Shown: positions 9,502 through 20,278, numbered from the stretch's first letter. The stretch is 64,000 bases of DNA from an uncultured Planctomycetota bacterium (GCA_963823665.1 CAWGMQ010000006.1:608001-672000); one strand, 5' to 3'. Numbers and translations: made by a program. Notes: generated by a model from the letters alone, not told the origin.

Positions 9502-11388
9502 TCAACTGCTCCGTCCAGCCACGTCCCAGACTTTCTGTTCGCCGAGTTCTTCAAGGCCCTTGAGGGTGACCAATCTCGGGCAGCCGTCGCGATAGCGGAA
9601 GCGGCCGCGAACCTCGTCATACGTGCGGCGGCTGATGCACGGGAAGCCGGGTAGGGCGGAGCTTTCGAGTCGGGCGCCTAAGTTCACGGTAGTGCCGATC
9701 GCAGTGTAGTCCATCAAGTCATAAGTTCCCATATTGCCGAGGACGGCATCGCCGGTACTGACGCCGATACGGATTGCAAATGGCTGTAAACCGAGAATGA
9801 CGCGCGGCTCGTTGTGCTCTTCGATATCACGGCAGAGATCAAGCGACGCGGAAACCGCGCGGAGGGCGTGCTGCTGCCCGCGTAGGATGGCCATGAAGCC
9901 GTCGCCGCGAAAGGCGGTGACGAGCGCGTCGTGTTTCCGCAGCGTGGCGACGGCGTTGGCCATCATCTGATTGAGAGTGATCATCACGACCTCGGGCGCG
10001 GTGTCGAGTGCGTAGGATGTCGACCCTTTGAGATCGAGGAACAGAACGCTCAAGGGCTCGGTCTGGCCCGAGATGAGCGATTCGGTGTCTTCCGGCATGC
10101 CCCGGCCGCGCACGCGGCGGAAGACTCGTGCCCAGTAGGCCTCGGCATTGACGCTCTTGAGCTCGTCGCTGACACCGCGCACGAGATGGGCGCGGCGACA
10201 GGATTCGGCGAGGTCAAGAGCGGCGAGGTACTCGCGCGTCACCAGCGGACGCGGCTCGCCCGCGGCTCGAAATACGCGGGCGAGCTCCCACTGAGTGCGG
10301 GCCTCTTCCGCTTGCTCCCGGCTCGCGGCAAAGTGGTTCAGGGCGGCGCGGAGCTTCTGCTTGGACTCGTCAATCTGCCCTTGACGGCGCCGGATCATTC
10401 CCCAGGTGCGATTGATATGAGCAAGGCCCTCCGCAAAGTCGGCCGACCGGAAGATCTCCTCGGCTATCTGCGCCTCGGCTTCGGCCGCTTCGACCTGGTT
10501 TTCCGCAAGGTGCAGCAAGGCACGGTCCTTCCTGGAATAACCCTCGCTGATGGGCCAGCGGCACGCGTTTGTGCGGATGCTTGCGTCGAGCCAGCCGGCC
10601 GAGTCGATCCATCGCTCGCGTGCCTCGCTCGTGCGCCCGGCCAGGGTGTCGCGGTTGCCGCGCTCGAGGGCGATCTGCCCCAGGAAATTCTGCATGAGCG
10701 CCTCACCGCGCTCGTCGCGAGTGTTCTGCGCGATTCTCAAATCATCGAGGAAGCATTTCTCTGCCTCGTCGAGATAGCCCCAGTCGAGATGGAGCCGGCC
10801 GAGGTTGCCGAAGCTCACAGCAAGCCCCGTCTGGTCGTTCCAGATCTTCTTGCAGGCGATTGCCTGGCGAAAGAACTCCTCGGCGGCGTGGAAATTATCC
10901 CGTGCGGCGTAGATCATGCCGAACGTATCGAGGATGCGCCCGCTGCCGTAGTGGTCCTTCCCGAGCAAGCGAAGGGCCTGGCGCAGCTCCGACAATGAAC
11001 GATCCAGGTCGCTCGCGTGCAAGAAGTTGGCGCCGCGGATATGGGCCACGCCCGCTTGAAGGAGGGTATCTTCGGGGGCCGGGTCGATCGACGCGAGAAG
11101 CTGCTCCGCATCCTTGAAGCGGCGCTCGCGCATGGCGACAAACGCGAGGATGAACCGCGACCACTTCTGTGCCCTCGGGCCCTCGCCTGCATGCTCCACA
11201 AGGCGACGGGCTTCATCATGGGCACCGCGCTCCGCGGCCATCCAGCCCGCGAAGAAAAGCAACTCGTTCTTGCGCTGCGCATCCGGTGTGGCGGCGATCT
11301 CCTCGTCCAACTTCTGGAGGGCCATCTCCCAGCCGTACTGGTCGAGCAGCGCACGAATTCTGTCGCCGGCCTCGGGTTGGTTGAGCAT
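9502..11388 (-). CDS. TPR-repeat protein with a C-terminal class III nucleotide cyclase domain
   Basis: TPR-like helices (e.g. LAVSFGNLGRLHLDWG); cyclase motifs LFLDLKGST, FRGDGFMA, IRIGVSTG, DYTAIGTTVNLGARLES. Confidence 0.9.
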   Translation of the reverse strand: MLNQPEAGDRIRALLDQYGWEMALQKLDEEIAATPDAQRKNELLFFAGWMAAERGAHDEARRLVEHAGEGPRAQKWSRFILAFVAMRERRFKDAEQLLASIDPAPEDTLLQAGVAHIRGANFLHASDLDRSLSELRQALRLLGKDHYGSGRILDTFGMIYAARDNFHAAEEFFRQAIACKKIWNDQTGLAVSFGNLGRLHLDWGYLDEAEKCFLDDLRIAQNTRDERGEALMQNFLGQIALERGNRDTLAGRTSEARERWIDSAGWLDASIRTNACRWPISEGYSRKDRALLHLAENQVEAAEAEAQIAEEIFRSADFAEGLAHINRTWGMIRRRQGQIDESKQKLRAALNHFAASREQAEEARTQWELARVFRAAGEPRPLVTREYLAALDLAESCRRAHLVRGVSDELKSVNAEAYWARVFRRVRGRGMPEDTESLISGQTEPLSVLFLDLKGSTSYALDTAPEVVMITLNQMMANAVATLRKHDALVTAFRGDGFMAILRGQQHALRAVSASLDLCRDIEEHNEPRVILGLQPFAIRIGVSTGDAVLGNMGTYDLMDYTAIGTTVNLGARLESSALPGFPCISRRTYDEVRGRFRYRDGCPRLVTLKGLEELGEQKVWDVAGRSS

Positions 11389-11391
11389 GGT

Positions 11392-12480
11392 TCAGCTTGT
11401 TCCAAATCTCAGGAAGATCGACTCGATCGCATCGGCGGCGAGCAGCGTGCCCGATCGCGGCGCGTTGACGATGGTGAATCCATGTGCTCGTCCGTCGTAC
11501 CAAGGGTCGGCGTTATCGTACCCGGGCCGGGAGGGCTTTCTGGAACCAGTTACAGGATCAACCTGGCGATCGTCCGCTCCGAAGAGTTCGCTGCGGTGCT
11601 CCGACTCAGCGCGGTCGAGCAGTTCGCCGAGGCCTCGGAGCGAGGCGCCGCTCGCGCCCGTCACGGAGAGAATGCAATGGCGAACCTCATGCCGGGATTC
11701 GGAGACGAAGACTGAAAGAGCGATGAACCCTTCGCCGTCGGGCGATCGGTCGCGATCGCTGCGAGCCCAGTCCTTGAAGAAGATGCAGCGATCGGGATCG
11801 TCGGCGTTCTGAACATCGCGCACGAGAAGCGTGTCAACCGCGATTCGTCCGCCGAACTGGCCCGGGAGGCTCAGGCGGTTGATGCGGGCTCCTGTGCCAG
11901 GGTCTGCCAGCTTGCGGTGGTAACGCTCGATGTCGCCGAGCACCTCCTGGCGATCGGACTCGGTGATCAAGTCGCTGCACGCGAAGGCGTCGACGGAAGG
12001 GAGCGCGACCGCCTGGCTAAGGCTACGCTCGAGCGAGAATGCGATGAGCGCCAGGCCCTGCCGCACGCATGCCTGCCACAGCTCGTGGCCGGTTGGCCGG
12101 CCCTGCGCGCTTCGCGATGGACCAACTGCATATAGGCCGCATAAGGAGAGAATGGATTGAAGAGCGAATGGCCGATTGATCCCTCGTCGATCTTGTCCGC
12201 GTAGCGGACCAGGGCTTCGGCGCCGAGCGGCAGCTCGCCAGTGGTGAGTAACGCGTTTGCGAGCCAGGCTGCGACGATACAGTCAAAATCCGGCGCCTCG
12301 GGCAGCACGATCGTGAACGGTGCATATCGATCGCGACTGGCCGCGGCCGCCGCGGTGACGAGATGGCGGTTCGACAACACGAGCCGGGCCGTCGAGCCGC
12401 CATACGAGTGAACCTGGTGCTGGTCGATCACGCCGGGACGGAGGTCGTTGCCGATGCCCAGGAACAGCCGGTCCGGCGCG
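11392..12480 (-). CDS. DHH/MYG1-like phosphoesterase-like region, probably the C-terminal half of the kinase gene (frameshifts near 12480 and 12095)
   Basis: Reassembled reading LFLGIGNDLRPGVIDQHQ...GSTARLV...PDFDCIVAAWL...ADKIDEG...GHELWQACVRQGL...FFKDWARSD...PGYDNADPWYDGRAHGFTIVNAPRSGT. Confidence 0.55.
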
Positions 12481-13612
12481 GCGCCGAGGGTGGTGCGGGG
12501 GAGCCGGCGGCGGCGAAGGCGAAGCGGATGGTGTTTTCGTGGACGAGAGGCGATGGTTCGCGCTTGACCGCGGCTGGGGGATACTTGCCGGCCGGGACGG
12601 TCGGCCGTTCGAGGCGTTCCTCGATGTAGTCGTCAAGGAAAGCTGCGAACTGCTCCATGCTCTGGTGACGATCTGCTCGATCTCGAGCGATCGCCTTCAG
12701 GCAGATGGAATCGAGCGCGAGATCGATTTCCGGGCAGTGGGTTGAAGGTGGCTGCGGTGGGATCGCGTGCCGCGCCGCTATGTATTGCGCTTCCGAGCTC
12801 TCGAACGGCCGCTGGCCGGAGAGCAGCTTGTAGAGGACACATCCCAATGCGTAGATATCGGTTCTCGGACCGATTTCCTCGGACTTGCCGAGGAGTTGCT
12901 CGGGAGACATGTAGGGACGAGTGCCGAGCCGCTCGTTCGTTGTGGAAATGCGGCTCTGCTCATCGTCCAGCAGCAGGGCGAGGCCGAAGTCGACAACGAC
13001 TGGGTTTCCCTCGGGTGTGACGATGATGTTGGAGGGTTTCAAATCGCGGTGGATGACGCCTTCCTTGTGGGCCGCGGCCATTGCGCGGGCGATGTCGCGC
13101 ACCATTGCCGCGGCCTCTATCGGCGTGAACGCCTTGAATTCGGACAGTGGTGCTCCCCGAACGTAGCGCAACACGAGGTAATGGGTGGCGTCGAATTCAC
13201 CGACGTCGAGTACCCAGCAAAGGCCTGAGTGCACGAGCCTGGCTGCTGCGCGGGCCTCGCGATAGAATCGCGCTTGCATCTTAGGTTCAGCGAAAATGTC
13301 GGGGCGGGGAATCTTGAGCGCGACGTTGATGTCGAGCTTGGAATCGACGGCAAGGTAGACCTGCCCCATGCCGCCGCCGCCCAGGAGTTTGAGGAGGCGG
13401 TATCGGCCGAAGTCGCGGGGGAATGGGGGGGTGGACTTCGATGGAAGATCAGGCGGCAGCGGTTTGGCGCCGGGGTGCCGTCGGTCGTTGGGATCCTGAT
13501 ATGAGGAAATCTCGGGGAGGGAGTGCTCTGGAGGGCGTGCGCTGCCTGGCCCGGCGGAGCTGCTTCGAGGGTCCTTGCCTGGCGGGTTTTCGTCAGATGC
13601 GGGAAGGTTCAT
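12428..13612 (-). CDS. Hanks-type Ser/Thr protein kinase
   Basis: LGGGGMGQVY, VALK, HRDLKPSN, DFG, GTRPYMSPEQ, DIYALG. Confidence 0.93.
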   Translation of the reverse strand: MNLPASDENPPGKDPRSSSAGPGSARPPEHSLPEISSYQDPNDRRHPGAKPLPPDLPSKSTPPFPRDFGRYRLLKLLGGGGMGQVYLAVDSKLDINVALKIPRPDIFAEPKMQARFYREARAAARLVHSGLCWVLDVGEFDATHYLVLRYVRGAPLSEFKAFTPIEAAAMVRDIARAMAAAHKEGVIHRDLKPSNIIVTPEGNPVVVDFGLALLLDDEQSRISTTNERLGTRPYMSPEQLLGKSEEIGPRTDIYALGCVLYKLLSGQRPFESSEAQYIAARHAIPPQPPSTHCPEIDLALDSICLKAIARDRADRHQSMEQFAAFLDDYIEERLERPTVPAGKYPPAAVKREPSPLVHENTIRFAFAAAGSPAPPSAPRRTGCSWASATTSVPA

Positions 13613-13910
13613 GGGTCGCTTTCCCGATCAGCCTTGCCTGTCGACGGATCTTGTCGTGGATTCGCAACCGCATGCTTATGTTATGGGGTTCGGCGACCAT
13701 GCTCAATGATGCGGTGGCGACTCTGTTGCAGTTGGATCATTGCGGTCTCGCCGACGGTCATGGACACGGTACCGCCGCGTCCGGATGACATGCCAGTCAT
13801 CACTGTAGCGGGCGTTTGTTTTCGTTTCCACAAGCGGAGCCGGTTGCTTCTGGCCGAATCCGGGATATTCTGTCGGATGTTTCTTCCCGCGAGGCGCCGG
13901 AGAATCCGTC

Positions 13911-15950
13911 ATGCGTCGTTTTCTTTTGTCGGTCACGTGTCTCTTCGGAGCGAGTTCCGCCATCGCGGGCAACGCGGACGATGCGCCAGCCGTGAAATCG
14001 CCGGTTGTCGCGACCTCGCCGGACGGTCGCATCCGGGCGGAGGTCTCCGTCGACGTGCCCGGTGGGCAAGCTTCGATTCCTCACATCAGCGTCTCGTTCC
14101 GGGGCCGCGCGGTCGTGCTACCATCCCAACTCGGCGTCAATCTCGGCGACGGGACCCGTCTTGGCGGAGGCTCGATCGTCGAGGGCGTGACCACGCGATC
14201 GTTCGACGAGACGTACACCCAATTCCCCGGCAAGCGCAGCCGCGTTGTCGACCACGGCTCCGAAGTCATCGTCAAGCTCCAGGAGGTTGCGGCACCGGCG
14301 CGGCGATGGGAAGTGATTGTGCGCGCCTATGACGATGGGGCGGCGTTTCGTTATCGGTTTCCGGCCCAGGAGGGTTGGACGCGGCTGGAGATCTCCGGCG
14401 AACGGACGCGATTTCGAGTTCCCAAGGACGCGGTGGGCTATGCCCTACCGCTCAATTCATTCACAACGTCGCACGAAGCTCGTTATGAGAAAAAGCCAGT
14501 TGCGGAGATTCCGAAGGAGTGGCTCATCGGGCTGCCGCTGCTCCTCGAGCTGCCTGGTACCGGATGGTTGGCGCTGGCGGAAGCTGACCTCACCGATTAC
14601 GCGGGCCTTTACCTGGGGCGCGATGTCGGCGAGGGCACGACCCTGATTGGCAAGCTCTCTCCTTTGCCGAGAGAGCCGAAAATCGCGGTGCGGGCCGCGC
14701 TGCCGCACCAATCGCCCTGGCGCGTGTTGATGATCGCCGACAAGTTGGAGCGGCTGGTCGAGTCGGACATCATCCTGAATCTCAGCACCCCCTGCGCTAT
14801 CGCCGACACCTCGTGGATCAAGCCGGGCAAGACGACGTTCCCGTGGTGGAACGGATTCTACGAGAAAAACGTGCCGTTCAAGATGGGGTTGAACACGGCC
14901 ACCGCCAAGTATTACATCGACTTCTGCGCCGAAGCCGGCATTCCGTATCACTCGCTCGACGGCCTGGACAACATCGCGTGGTACGGTGGGCCGATCGTGC
15001 CGTACGAGGGGGCCAACATCACCAGGGGAATTGACGGGCTCGACCTCCAGGAGGTGATTCGCCACGCGAAGGAAAAGGGCGTCAAGCTTAGGCTGTGGAT
15101 GCACTGGAGAGCAGCGGAGACGCACATGGAACGCGCGTTCCCGCTCTATCGCGCGTGGGGTATCGAGGGCGTGATGCTCGACTTCATGGACCGGGACGAC
15201 CAGGAGATGGTTCGGTTCCTGCGCCGGGCCCTCAGGTTAGCCGCGGACAACCGATTGACGGTCACATTGCACGGCGTGGGGGCGCCGACTGGCCTCGAGC
15301 GCACCTACCCGAACTTGTTGACCAGCGAGGCAGTGATGAACCTGGAGTACGACAAATGGGACAAGCTCGGGATTCCGCCGGAGCACGAAGTGACCGTGCC
15401 GTTTACGCGGATGCTGGCTGGCCCGCTCGACTTTCATCAGGGTTCGCTTCGGGGTGTGCCGATCAGCGAATTCCGGCCACGAAACGACGCCCCGCTGGTG
15501 ATGGGAACGCCGAGCCGGATGCTGGCTTCGTACGTCGTGTTTCAAAACCACTTGCCGATGGTGGCGGACTATCCGTCGGTTTATCGCGGGCACCCTGCCC
15601 TGCCCGTCCTCGCGGCGATCCCCACGACGTGGGACGACACTCGCTGCTTGGCGGGCTCGGTGGGAGAATACGTTGTCATCGCCCGGCGGCATGGGAGCCA
15701 GTGGTGGATCGGAGCGATGAATGATCGAAAGCGGCGAGAACTGTCGATCCCGTTCAGCTTCCTTGGACGTGGAAAGTTTCGCGCCGAAATTTATTCCGAC
15801 GATCCTGACGGAAAGACGGCGCATCGGCTGAGCCGGCGATCAGAGGAAATCACGCCTCAGGAGGCGATCAAGGTTTCGCTGGGATCGGCGGACGGATGTT
15901 TGATTCACTTGACGACACTGCCGGGGACGGCTCCAGGGATCGACCGGTGA
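13911..15950 (+). CDS. Glycoside hydrolase family 97 (alpha-glucosidase/alpha-galactosidase), secreted
   Basis: Signal peptide; SPDG start of the N-domain, RAYDDGAAFRY, SPWRV, SWIKPGK, YIDF, DFMDRDDQ, HG...PTGLERTYPN, PFTRMLAGPLDF, PTTWDDT. Confidence 0.92.
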   Translation: MRRFLLSVTCLFGASSAIAGNADDAPAVKSPVVATSPDGRIRAEVSVDVPGGQASIPHISVSFRGRAVVLPSQLGVNLGDGTRLGGGSIVEGVTTRSFDETYTQFPGKRSRVVDHGSEVIVKLQEVAAPARRWEVIVRAYDDGAAFRYRFPAQEGWTRLEISGERTRFRVPKDAVGYALPLNSFTTSHEARYEKKPVAEIPKEWLIGLPLLLELPGTGWLALAEADLTDYAGLYLGRDVGEGTTLIGKLSPLPREPKIAVRAALPHQSPWRVLMIADKLERLVESDIILNLSTPCAIADTSWIKPGKTTFPWWNGFYEKNVPFKMGLNTATAKYYIDFCAEAGIPYHSLDGLDNIAWYGGPIVPYEGANITRGIDGLDLQEVIRHAKEKGVKLRLWMHWRAAETHMERAFPLYRAWGIEGVMLDFMDRDDQEMVRFLRRALRLAADNRLTVTLHGVGAPTGLERTYPNLLTSEAVMNLEYDKWDKLGIPPEHEVTVPFTRMLAGPLDFHQGSLRGVPISEFRPRNDAPLVMGTPSRMLASYVVFQNHLPMVADYPSVYRGHPALPVLAAIPTTWDDTRCLAGSVGEYVVIARRHGSQWWIGAMNDRKRRELSIPFSFLGRGKFRAEIYSDDPDGKTAHRLSRRSEEITPQEAIKVSLGSADGCLIHLTTLPGTAPGIDR

Positions 15951-15966
15951 AGCATGGCGGCCGGCC

Positions 15967-16323
15967 TCAATGGGCGTGACCTTCCACGTACTCCTTCAGA
16001 AGAACTGCCGAGTTGTGCTCCTCGTCGCTGGCGGCATAGATGAACGTCACGGTTTCCGCCCGGCACCTTTTGCGCAACTCGCCGACCGCGGTCTTGTTCT
16101 GGTCGAGCTCGGCCGCATAGCGCTTCTTGAACTCGTTCCACTTGGCGATGTCATGGCTATACCAGCGGCGCAATTCCTGGCTGGGGGCCACGTCCTTCAG
16201 CCAGCGGTCAATGGCGGCACGCTCTTTGGTCACGCCGCGCGGCCAGAGGCGCTCGACCAGGATGCGAAGGCCGTCATCGGGTGCGGCTTCGTCATAGGCA
16301 CGCTTCAAGCGGATCTTTGGCAT
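15967..16323 (-). CDS. DUF488 (YeaO-like) protein
   Basis: IRLKRAYD, DDGLRILVERLWPRG, WLKDVAPSQELRRWY, HNSAVLL. Confidence 0.9.
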   Translation of the reverse strand: MPKIRLKRAYDEAAPDDGLRILVERLWPRGVTKERAAIDRWLKDVAPSQELRRWYSHDIAKWNEFKKRYAAELDQNKTAVGELRKRCRAETVTFIYAASDEEHNSAVLLKEYVEGHAH

Positions 16324-16904
16324 TCGTGCTCCCCGTTCGGTCCTTGCTTCCCGTCGATCGACGGGCAGGCGGCCGCTAGAGCCTCGGACCATGTGCGCTC
16401 GCCTTCGTTGTGCTTCCGCACACTTTACCCTCGCCGACGCCCAGGGACGCGCGTCTGGGCAATGAGCTGCGTGCAAAGAAACGTCTACGATCCCTTGCAA
16501 CGGCATAATGAACGCATGTGGCGTATTAGTGGACAAATGGAACCAGGAAGCCAAGGGCCGGAATAAATGTTACACTCTCTCGTCACGTTTGCGGCCGCGG
16601 CTGTTTGCAACAGGCGACAGACTGGCGGCGGCAATGCGTACGGGTCTTTGCCTCGTCTTTTCTTCTCGGTCCGGTTTGGCCGGGCCGGGTGCCCGCCTCA
16701 GCCGCATTGAAATCCGAACAATACGGGATCAAGCTCTGCGGCGCAACACGTTAATCCAACATAGCTTTCTGACAATCGCGCAAGCTGCCCCGGATATTCC
16801 CTGTCCTGGGTAACCACGGAGGCTTCCCTGCGTCGCCACTCTTGCACGCGGGGGATCGTGCAGGATGCGCCCCTTGAGAGTACACCCGCACGAGGAGACT
16901 GCCA

Positions 16905-17915
16905 GTGCTTTGGTTTGCTTGCTGGATGTTCGCACTCTCCACCTATGAACGTGGAGCCGCCGAACCGACTGATTGGATGATACCGCCAGGCTGGACCGCC
17001 AATCCGTGGGGCCCCGCTGCAACCGAGGCACGCCAGAACGGAACACTCCCGCCGATTCCGATGACGGACGTGATGGCGAAATGGGACCATTGGGGACGAA
17101 GCGTCCTCCATGACGGAGATATCGTGTTCCGGCTGGGCGACGCGCGGACGATGCTCGGGTTTCTGCCGCTCTCCCGGTTTATTGCACATGCCACCGGCAG
17201 CAAGTACTCCCACACCGGAATCATCGCCTTGGAGGATGGCGTTCCCATCGTCTATGACTGTTCGTCGTGGGGGATCCAGCGTCAGCCGTTTGCTGTCTGG
17301 ATGCTGGATTCGATCGGGTCGTTCGGGGTCAAGCGGATCAAGCCGCACTTGAAAAACCATGTTGCCGGCGTGCTCGGCTATTGCCGGAAGGTCTACGCGG
17401 ACCAGGTGCCGTTTGACGACGAGTTCCGGATCGACGATTCCAGGCTGTATTGCGTCGAGATGACGGAGAAGGCATTCCGCTCACAGGGCCTGGCGCTCTC
17501 GGAACCGGTGTGCATCGGCGACTGGGAAAACCTGGTTCAGTATCCGCTCACGGCGATGGGAATCGTGCGCTGTTCGCGGTGGTTTGTGAAAAACGCAATC
17601 TCGCTGGACCAACCCACGTATGTGCCGGGGAACGACCACCAGGGAATCTGGGCTTCGCCGCTGCTCGACACGGTCTACCCGTACCCAAAGGCGGGCAAGA
17701 ACACGGTCAACTCGGCGCCCGCCGGGCCACCGCCGGCGCTGTGCGTCAAGGGCGACATCGCAGTGACGGCCTTCGTCGTCCGCGAGATGGGCCGATCGTA
17801 CTCGCAGCTCCCCTTGCGGCTGATTGGCGAGTTGCTCACGAAGGTGCCGGCGCAAGATACGTCGACGCGAGTCGCTGCCGGCACGGATCGCTCGAGCGCG
17901 ACCGAGGTGGAATGA
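16905..17915 (+). CDS. YiiX/YebB-like permuted papain-like (NlpC/P60) amidase
   Basis: GDIVFR, YSHTGI (His) before LYCVEM (Cys), PFDDEF; start codon uncertain. Confidence 0.78.
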   Translation: MLWFACWMFALSTYERGAAEPTDWMIPPGWTANPWGPAATEARQNGTLPPIPMTDVMAKWDHWGRSVLHDGDIVFRLGDARTMLGFLPLSRFIAHATGSKYSHTGIIALEDGVPIVYDCSSWGIQRQPFAVWMLDSIGSFGVKRIKPHLKNHVAGVLGYCRKVYADQVPFDDEFRIDDSRLYCVEMTEKAFRSQGLALSEPVCIGDWENLVQYPLTAMGIVRCSRWFVKNAISLDQPTYVPGNDHQGIWASPLLDTVYPYPKAGKNTVNSAPAGPPPALCVKGDIAVTAFVVREMGRSYSQLPLRLIGELLTKVPAQDTSTRVAAGTDRSSATEVE

Positions 17916-17946
17916 CCTGGCGTTTGCCCGGTTGCACGTACGCTGC

Positions 17947-19032
17947 TCAATAGCGGAGGACGGCCGCGATACCTTGATGCAGGTCAAGGACGCCGGTGTC
18001 GTAGAAATAGACTTCACCGCCGTCGGCGAGAACTTTCTCGATGACCTCGTCGACGGCGTCGTCAAGTGCTGCCGCACCGCTGCCGGTGTAACGCAGCAGG
18101 CGATCGCCGTCGGGGGAGACGTCGGCAGGATGCTCGAAGCTGGTCTCGACCAGAAGAGTCTGGCAGCGCTTGTCGAAAGCCGCGCGCCACACCTGGTCGA
18201 TGCCGGACGCGTGCCGGTTAGCGCTGACCGCCTGGCCGAGCCGGACGAGCGCGCGAGTTCTGACCAGAGTCATTCCTGCCTTGAAGACCGGCCAGACGAG
18301 CTTGCCGAGCTTGCTCGGGCTCGGGTCGTCGTGGCTGCCCGCCACGAGACCGACGATGGCATCGGGATCCTTGGTGATTTCCTGGTAGAACGCCAGGTAG
18401 CGATCGACCCCGACGACGACCACGGGAAGATGGTCTTCCTTCTGGAAAGTCGCGAGGGCGTCATCCACCTGCCTGAAGAACTGGCGATGTGACTCATCGC
18501 GCACGCCCGACCGATTGATCCCCTGCCCGCCCGGCAGGCGCGATGCTCCGCCGGGACCGGTGTGAACCATGGGAAATGGTTTATCCGTAGTTTCGGTCAG
18601 CACGTTGGTCGTGGCCTCGAAGAGCCGGGTTGGCTTTTCGGTCAGGACGAGCACCCGGTAGCGCGGCGCACGATTGAGGGTGAAGACCAGGTCGCGCGTG
18701 GCGAATGAGCCATCGACTGAAACACGCGGTTTCACCTTGAAAGGCAGATAAATCGCCGTGGCGTCGTCTTTGCTCGCGAAAAGGGCCAGGCCGTCGAGCG
18801 TGTGTTTCCAGTCGACGCGATCAACGAGCTTGCTCAGGTGTTGCACGACGGACGCGACTTCCCGCTTCTTGAACTCGCGATGCAGGCGATCGATTGCCTT
18901 CGTCAAGAGATTCTTGACGACGATTCGATCGCGCTTGTTGGCTGGGCTCGAGCGGTAAGTGGGAGCCAGCAACGAGACCGACGGATATTCATTGTGGCTC
19001 TGAAGACGCTTCAATTCACTGCGACAGATCAT
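17947..19032 (-). CDS. Bacterial archaeo-eukaryotic release factor family 3 (baeRF3)-like protein
   Basis: PSVSLLAPT, DRIVVKNL, DGLALFA, FFRQVD, LPVVVVG, DEVIEKVLADGGEV, C-terminal IAAVLRY. Confidence 0.8.
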   Translation of the reverse strand: MICRSELKRLQSHNEYPSVSLLAPTYRSSPANKRDRIVVKNLLTKAIDRLHREFKKREVASVVQHLSKLVDRVDWKHTLDGLALFASKDDATAIYLPFKVKPRVSVDGSFATRDLVFTLNRAPRYRVLVLTEKPTRLFEATTNVLTETTDKPFPMVHTGPGGASRLPGGQGINRSGVRDESHRQFFRQVDDALATFQKEDHLPVVVVGVDRYLAFYQEITKDPDAIVGLVAGSHDDPSPSKLGKLVWPVFKAGMTLVRTRALVRLGQAVSANRHASGIDQVWRAAFDKRCQTLLVETSFEHPADVSPDGDRLLRYTGSGAAALDDAVDEVIEKVLADGGEVYFYDTGVLDLHQGIAAVLRY

Positions 19033-19231
19033 GGCAAACCCTGTTCATCGATTGGAATGTGGGAGCTGATGGCCCCAAACAGAATAGCCGCCGGGCGGTT
19101 GGCTCACAACGAGCACATCAGTCAATTCGGTCGTCCGCGGCCTTGTCAAACTCGCCAGTCGCGGTTAGAACGCCGTAGGTTTGCCTCGTTGAAACCACGG
19201 ACAGCGCGGCCTCGCGTGCCAGGATAGGCAA

Positions 19232-20278
19232 GTGCTTCGATTAAATCTGAACTACCTGCTGGTTTTGATTCCGGTTGCGCTGGGATTGTACTGGACTGGG
19301 GCCGACTCCCTCCTTGTGTTCGCTGTGGCGGCGCTCACAATCCTGCCGCTTTCCAAGGTTGTCGGCAGCTCGACGGAGACATTAGGGCATTATCTCGGGC
19401 CGACGCTGGGCGGACTGCTGAACGCCTCGATGGGCAATGCCCCCGAATTGATCATCGGGATCTTCGCGCTCAAGAACGGACTGATCCGGGTGGTGAAGGC
19501 CTCACTGACCGGCTCGATCATCGGAAATCTGCTGCTGACGCTGGGGATTGCGACGTTTGCAGGTGGGTTGCGCTATCCGAGCCAGAAGTTCAACGTCCAC
19601 TCGGCCCGGCTTTCGATGTCGATGATGTTTCTGGCAGTGGCGGGGCTCATGGTTCCGGCGCTATTTCATTTCACGTCTCGTTCAGCCGAGCACGAGATCA
19701 GTCTCCAGATCGCGGCCGTTCTGCTCGTTGTGTACGTCTTGAGCTTGGTATTCACGCTGGTCACGCATCGAAAGTTGTTCGAGATCAAGCAGCCGGCCGA
19801 GCTGGACATCGCCAAGACACACTCCTGGAAGATCGCGCTGGGTTTCCTCACGGCGGCGGCGGTCGCCCTTGCAGTCATGAGCGAAGTGCTCACCGACTCG
19901 CTCGAGCCCGCGACCAAGCAGCTTGGCATCAACGAGGTGTTCGCGGGCATCATCCTGCTGGCTTCGGTCAGCAACATTTCCAGCATCATGAATGCGGTGG
20001 TTTTCGCACGGAAGAACCAGATGGACCTGGTTGCCAGCAGTGTGATCGGGGCCGCCACACAGATCGCGCTTCTGGTGGCCCCCGCGCTGGTTTTTGCCAG
20101 CTTGCTCATGCCTGAGCCGATGGACTTGCTGTTCAACCGGCTGGAGCTGGTTGCGCTCATCGTTGCTATCTTCATCACGCGGAACATGACGATCGACGGT
20201 GAGTCCGACTGGCTCGAAGGGGCGATGCTGATTGCCGTGTATCTGATGCTCGGGATCGGGTTCTATTACATCAACTAG
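19232..20278 (+). CDS. cax: Calcium/proton exchanger (CaCA family)
   Basis: GGLLNASMGNAPELI, ASLTGSIIGNLLL, QIALLVAP, DGESDWLEG; many TM helices. The second alpha-repeat reads SNISS instead of GNAAE. Confidence 0.88.
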   Translation: MLRLNLNYLLVLIPVALGLYWTGADSLLVFAVAALTILPLSKVVGSSTETLGHYLGPTLGGLLNASMGNAPELIIGIFALKNGLIRVVKASLTGSIIGNLLLTLGIATFAGGLRYPSQKFNVHSARLSMSMMFLAVAGLMVPALFHFTSRSAEHEISLQIAAVLLVVYVLSLVFTLVTHRKLFEIKQPAELDIAKTHSWKIALGFLTAAAVALAVMSEVLTDSLEPATKQLGINEVFAGIILLASVSNISSIMNAVVFARKNQMDLVASSVIGAATQIALLVAPALVFASLLMPEPMDLLFNRLELVALIVAIFITRNMTIDGESDWLEGAMLIAVYLMLGIGFYYIN

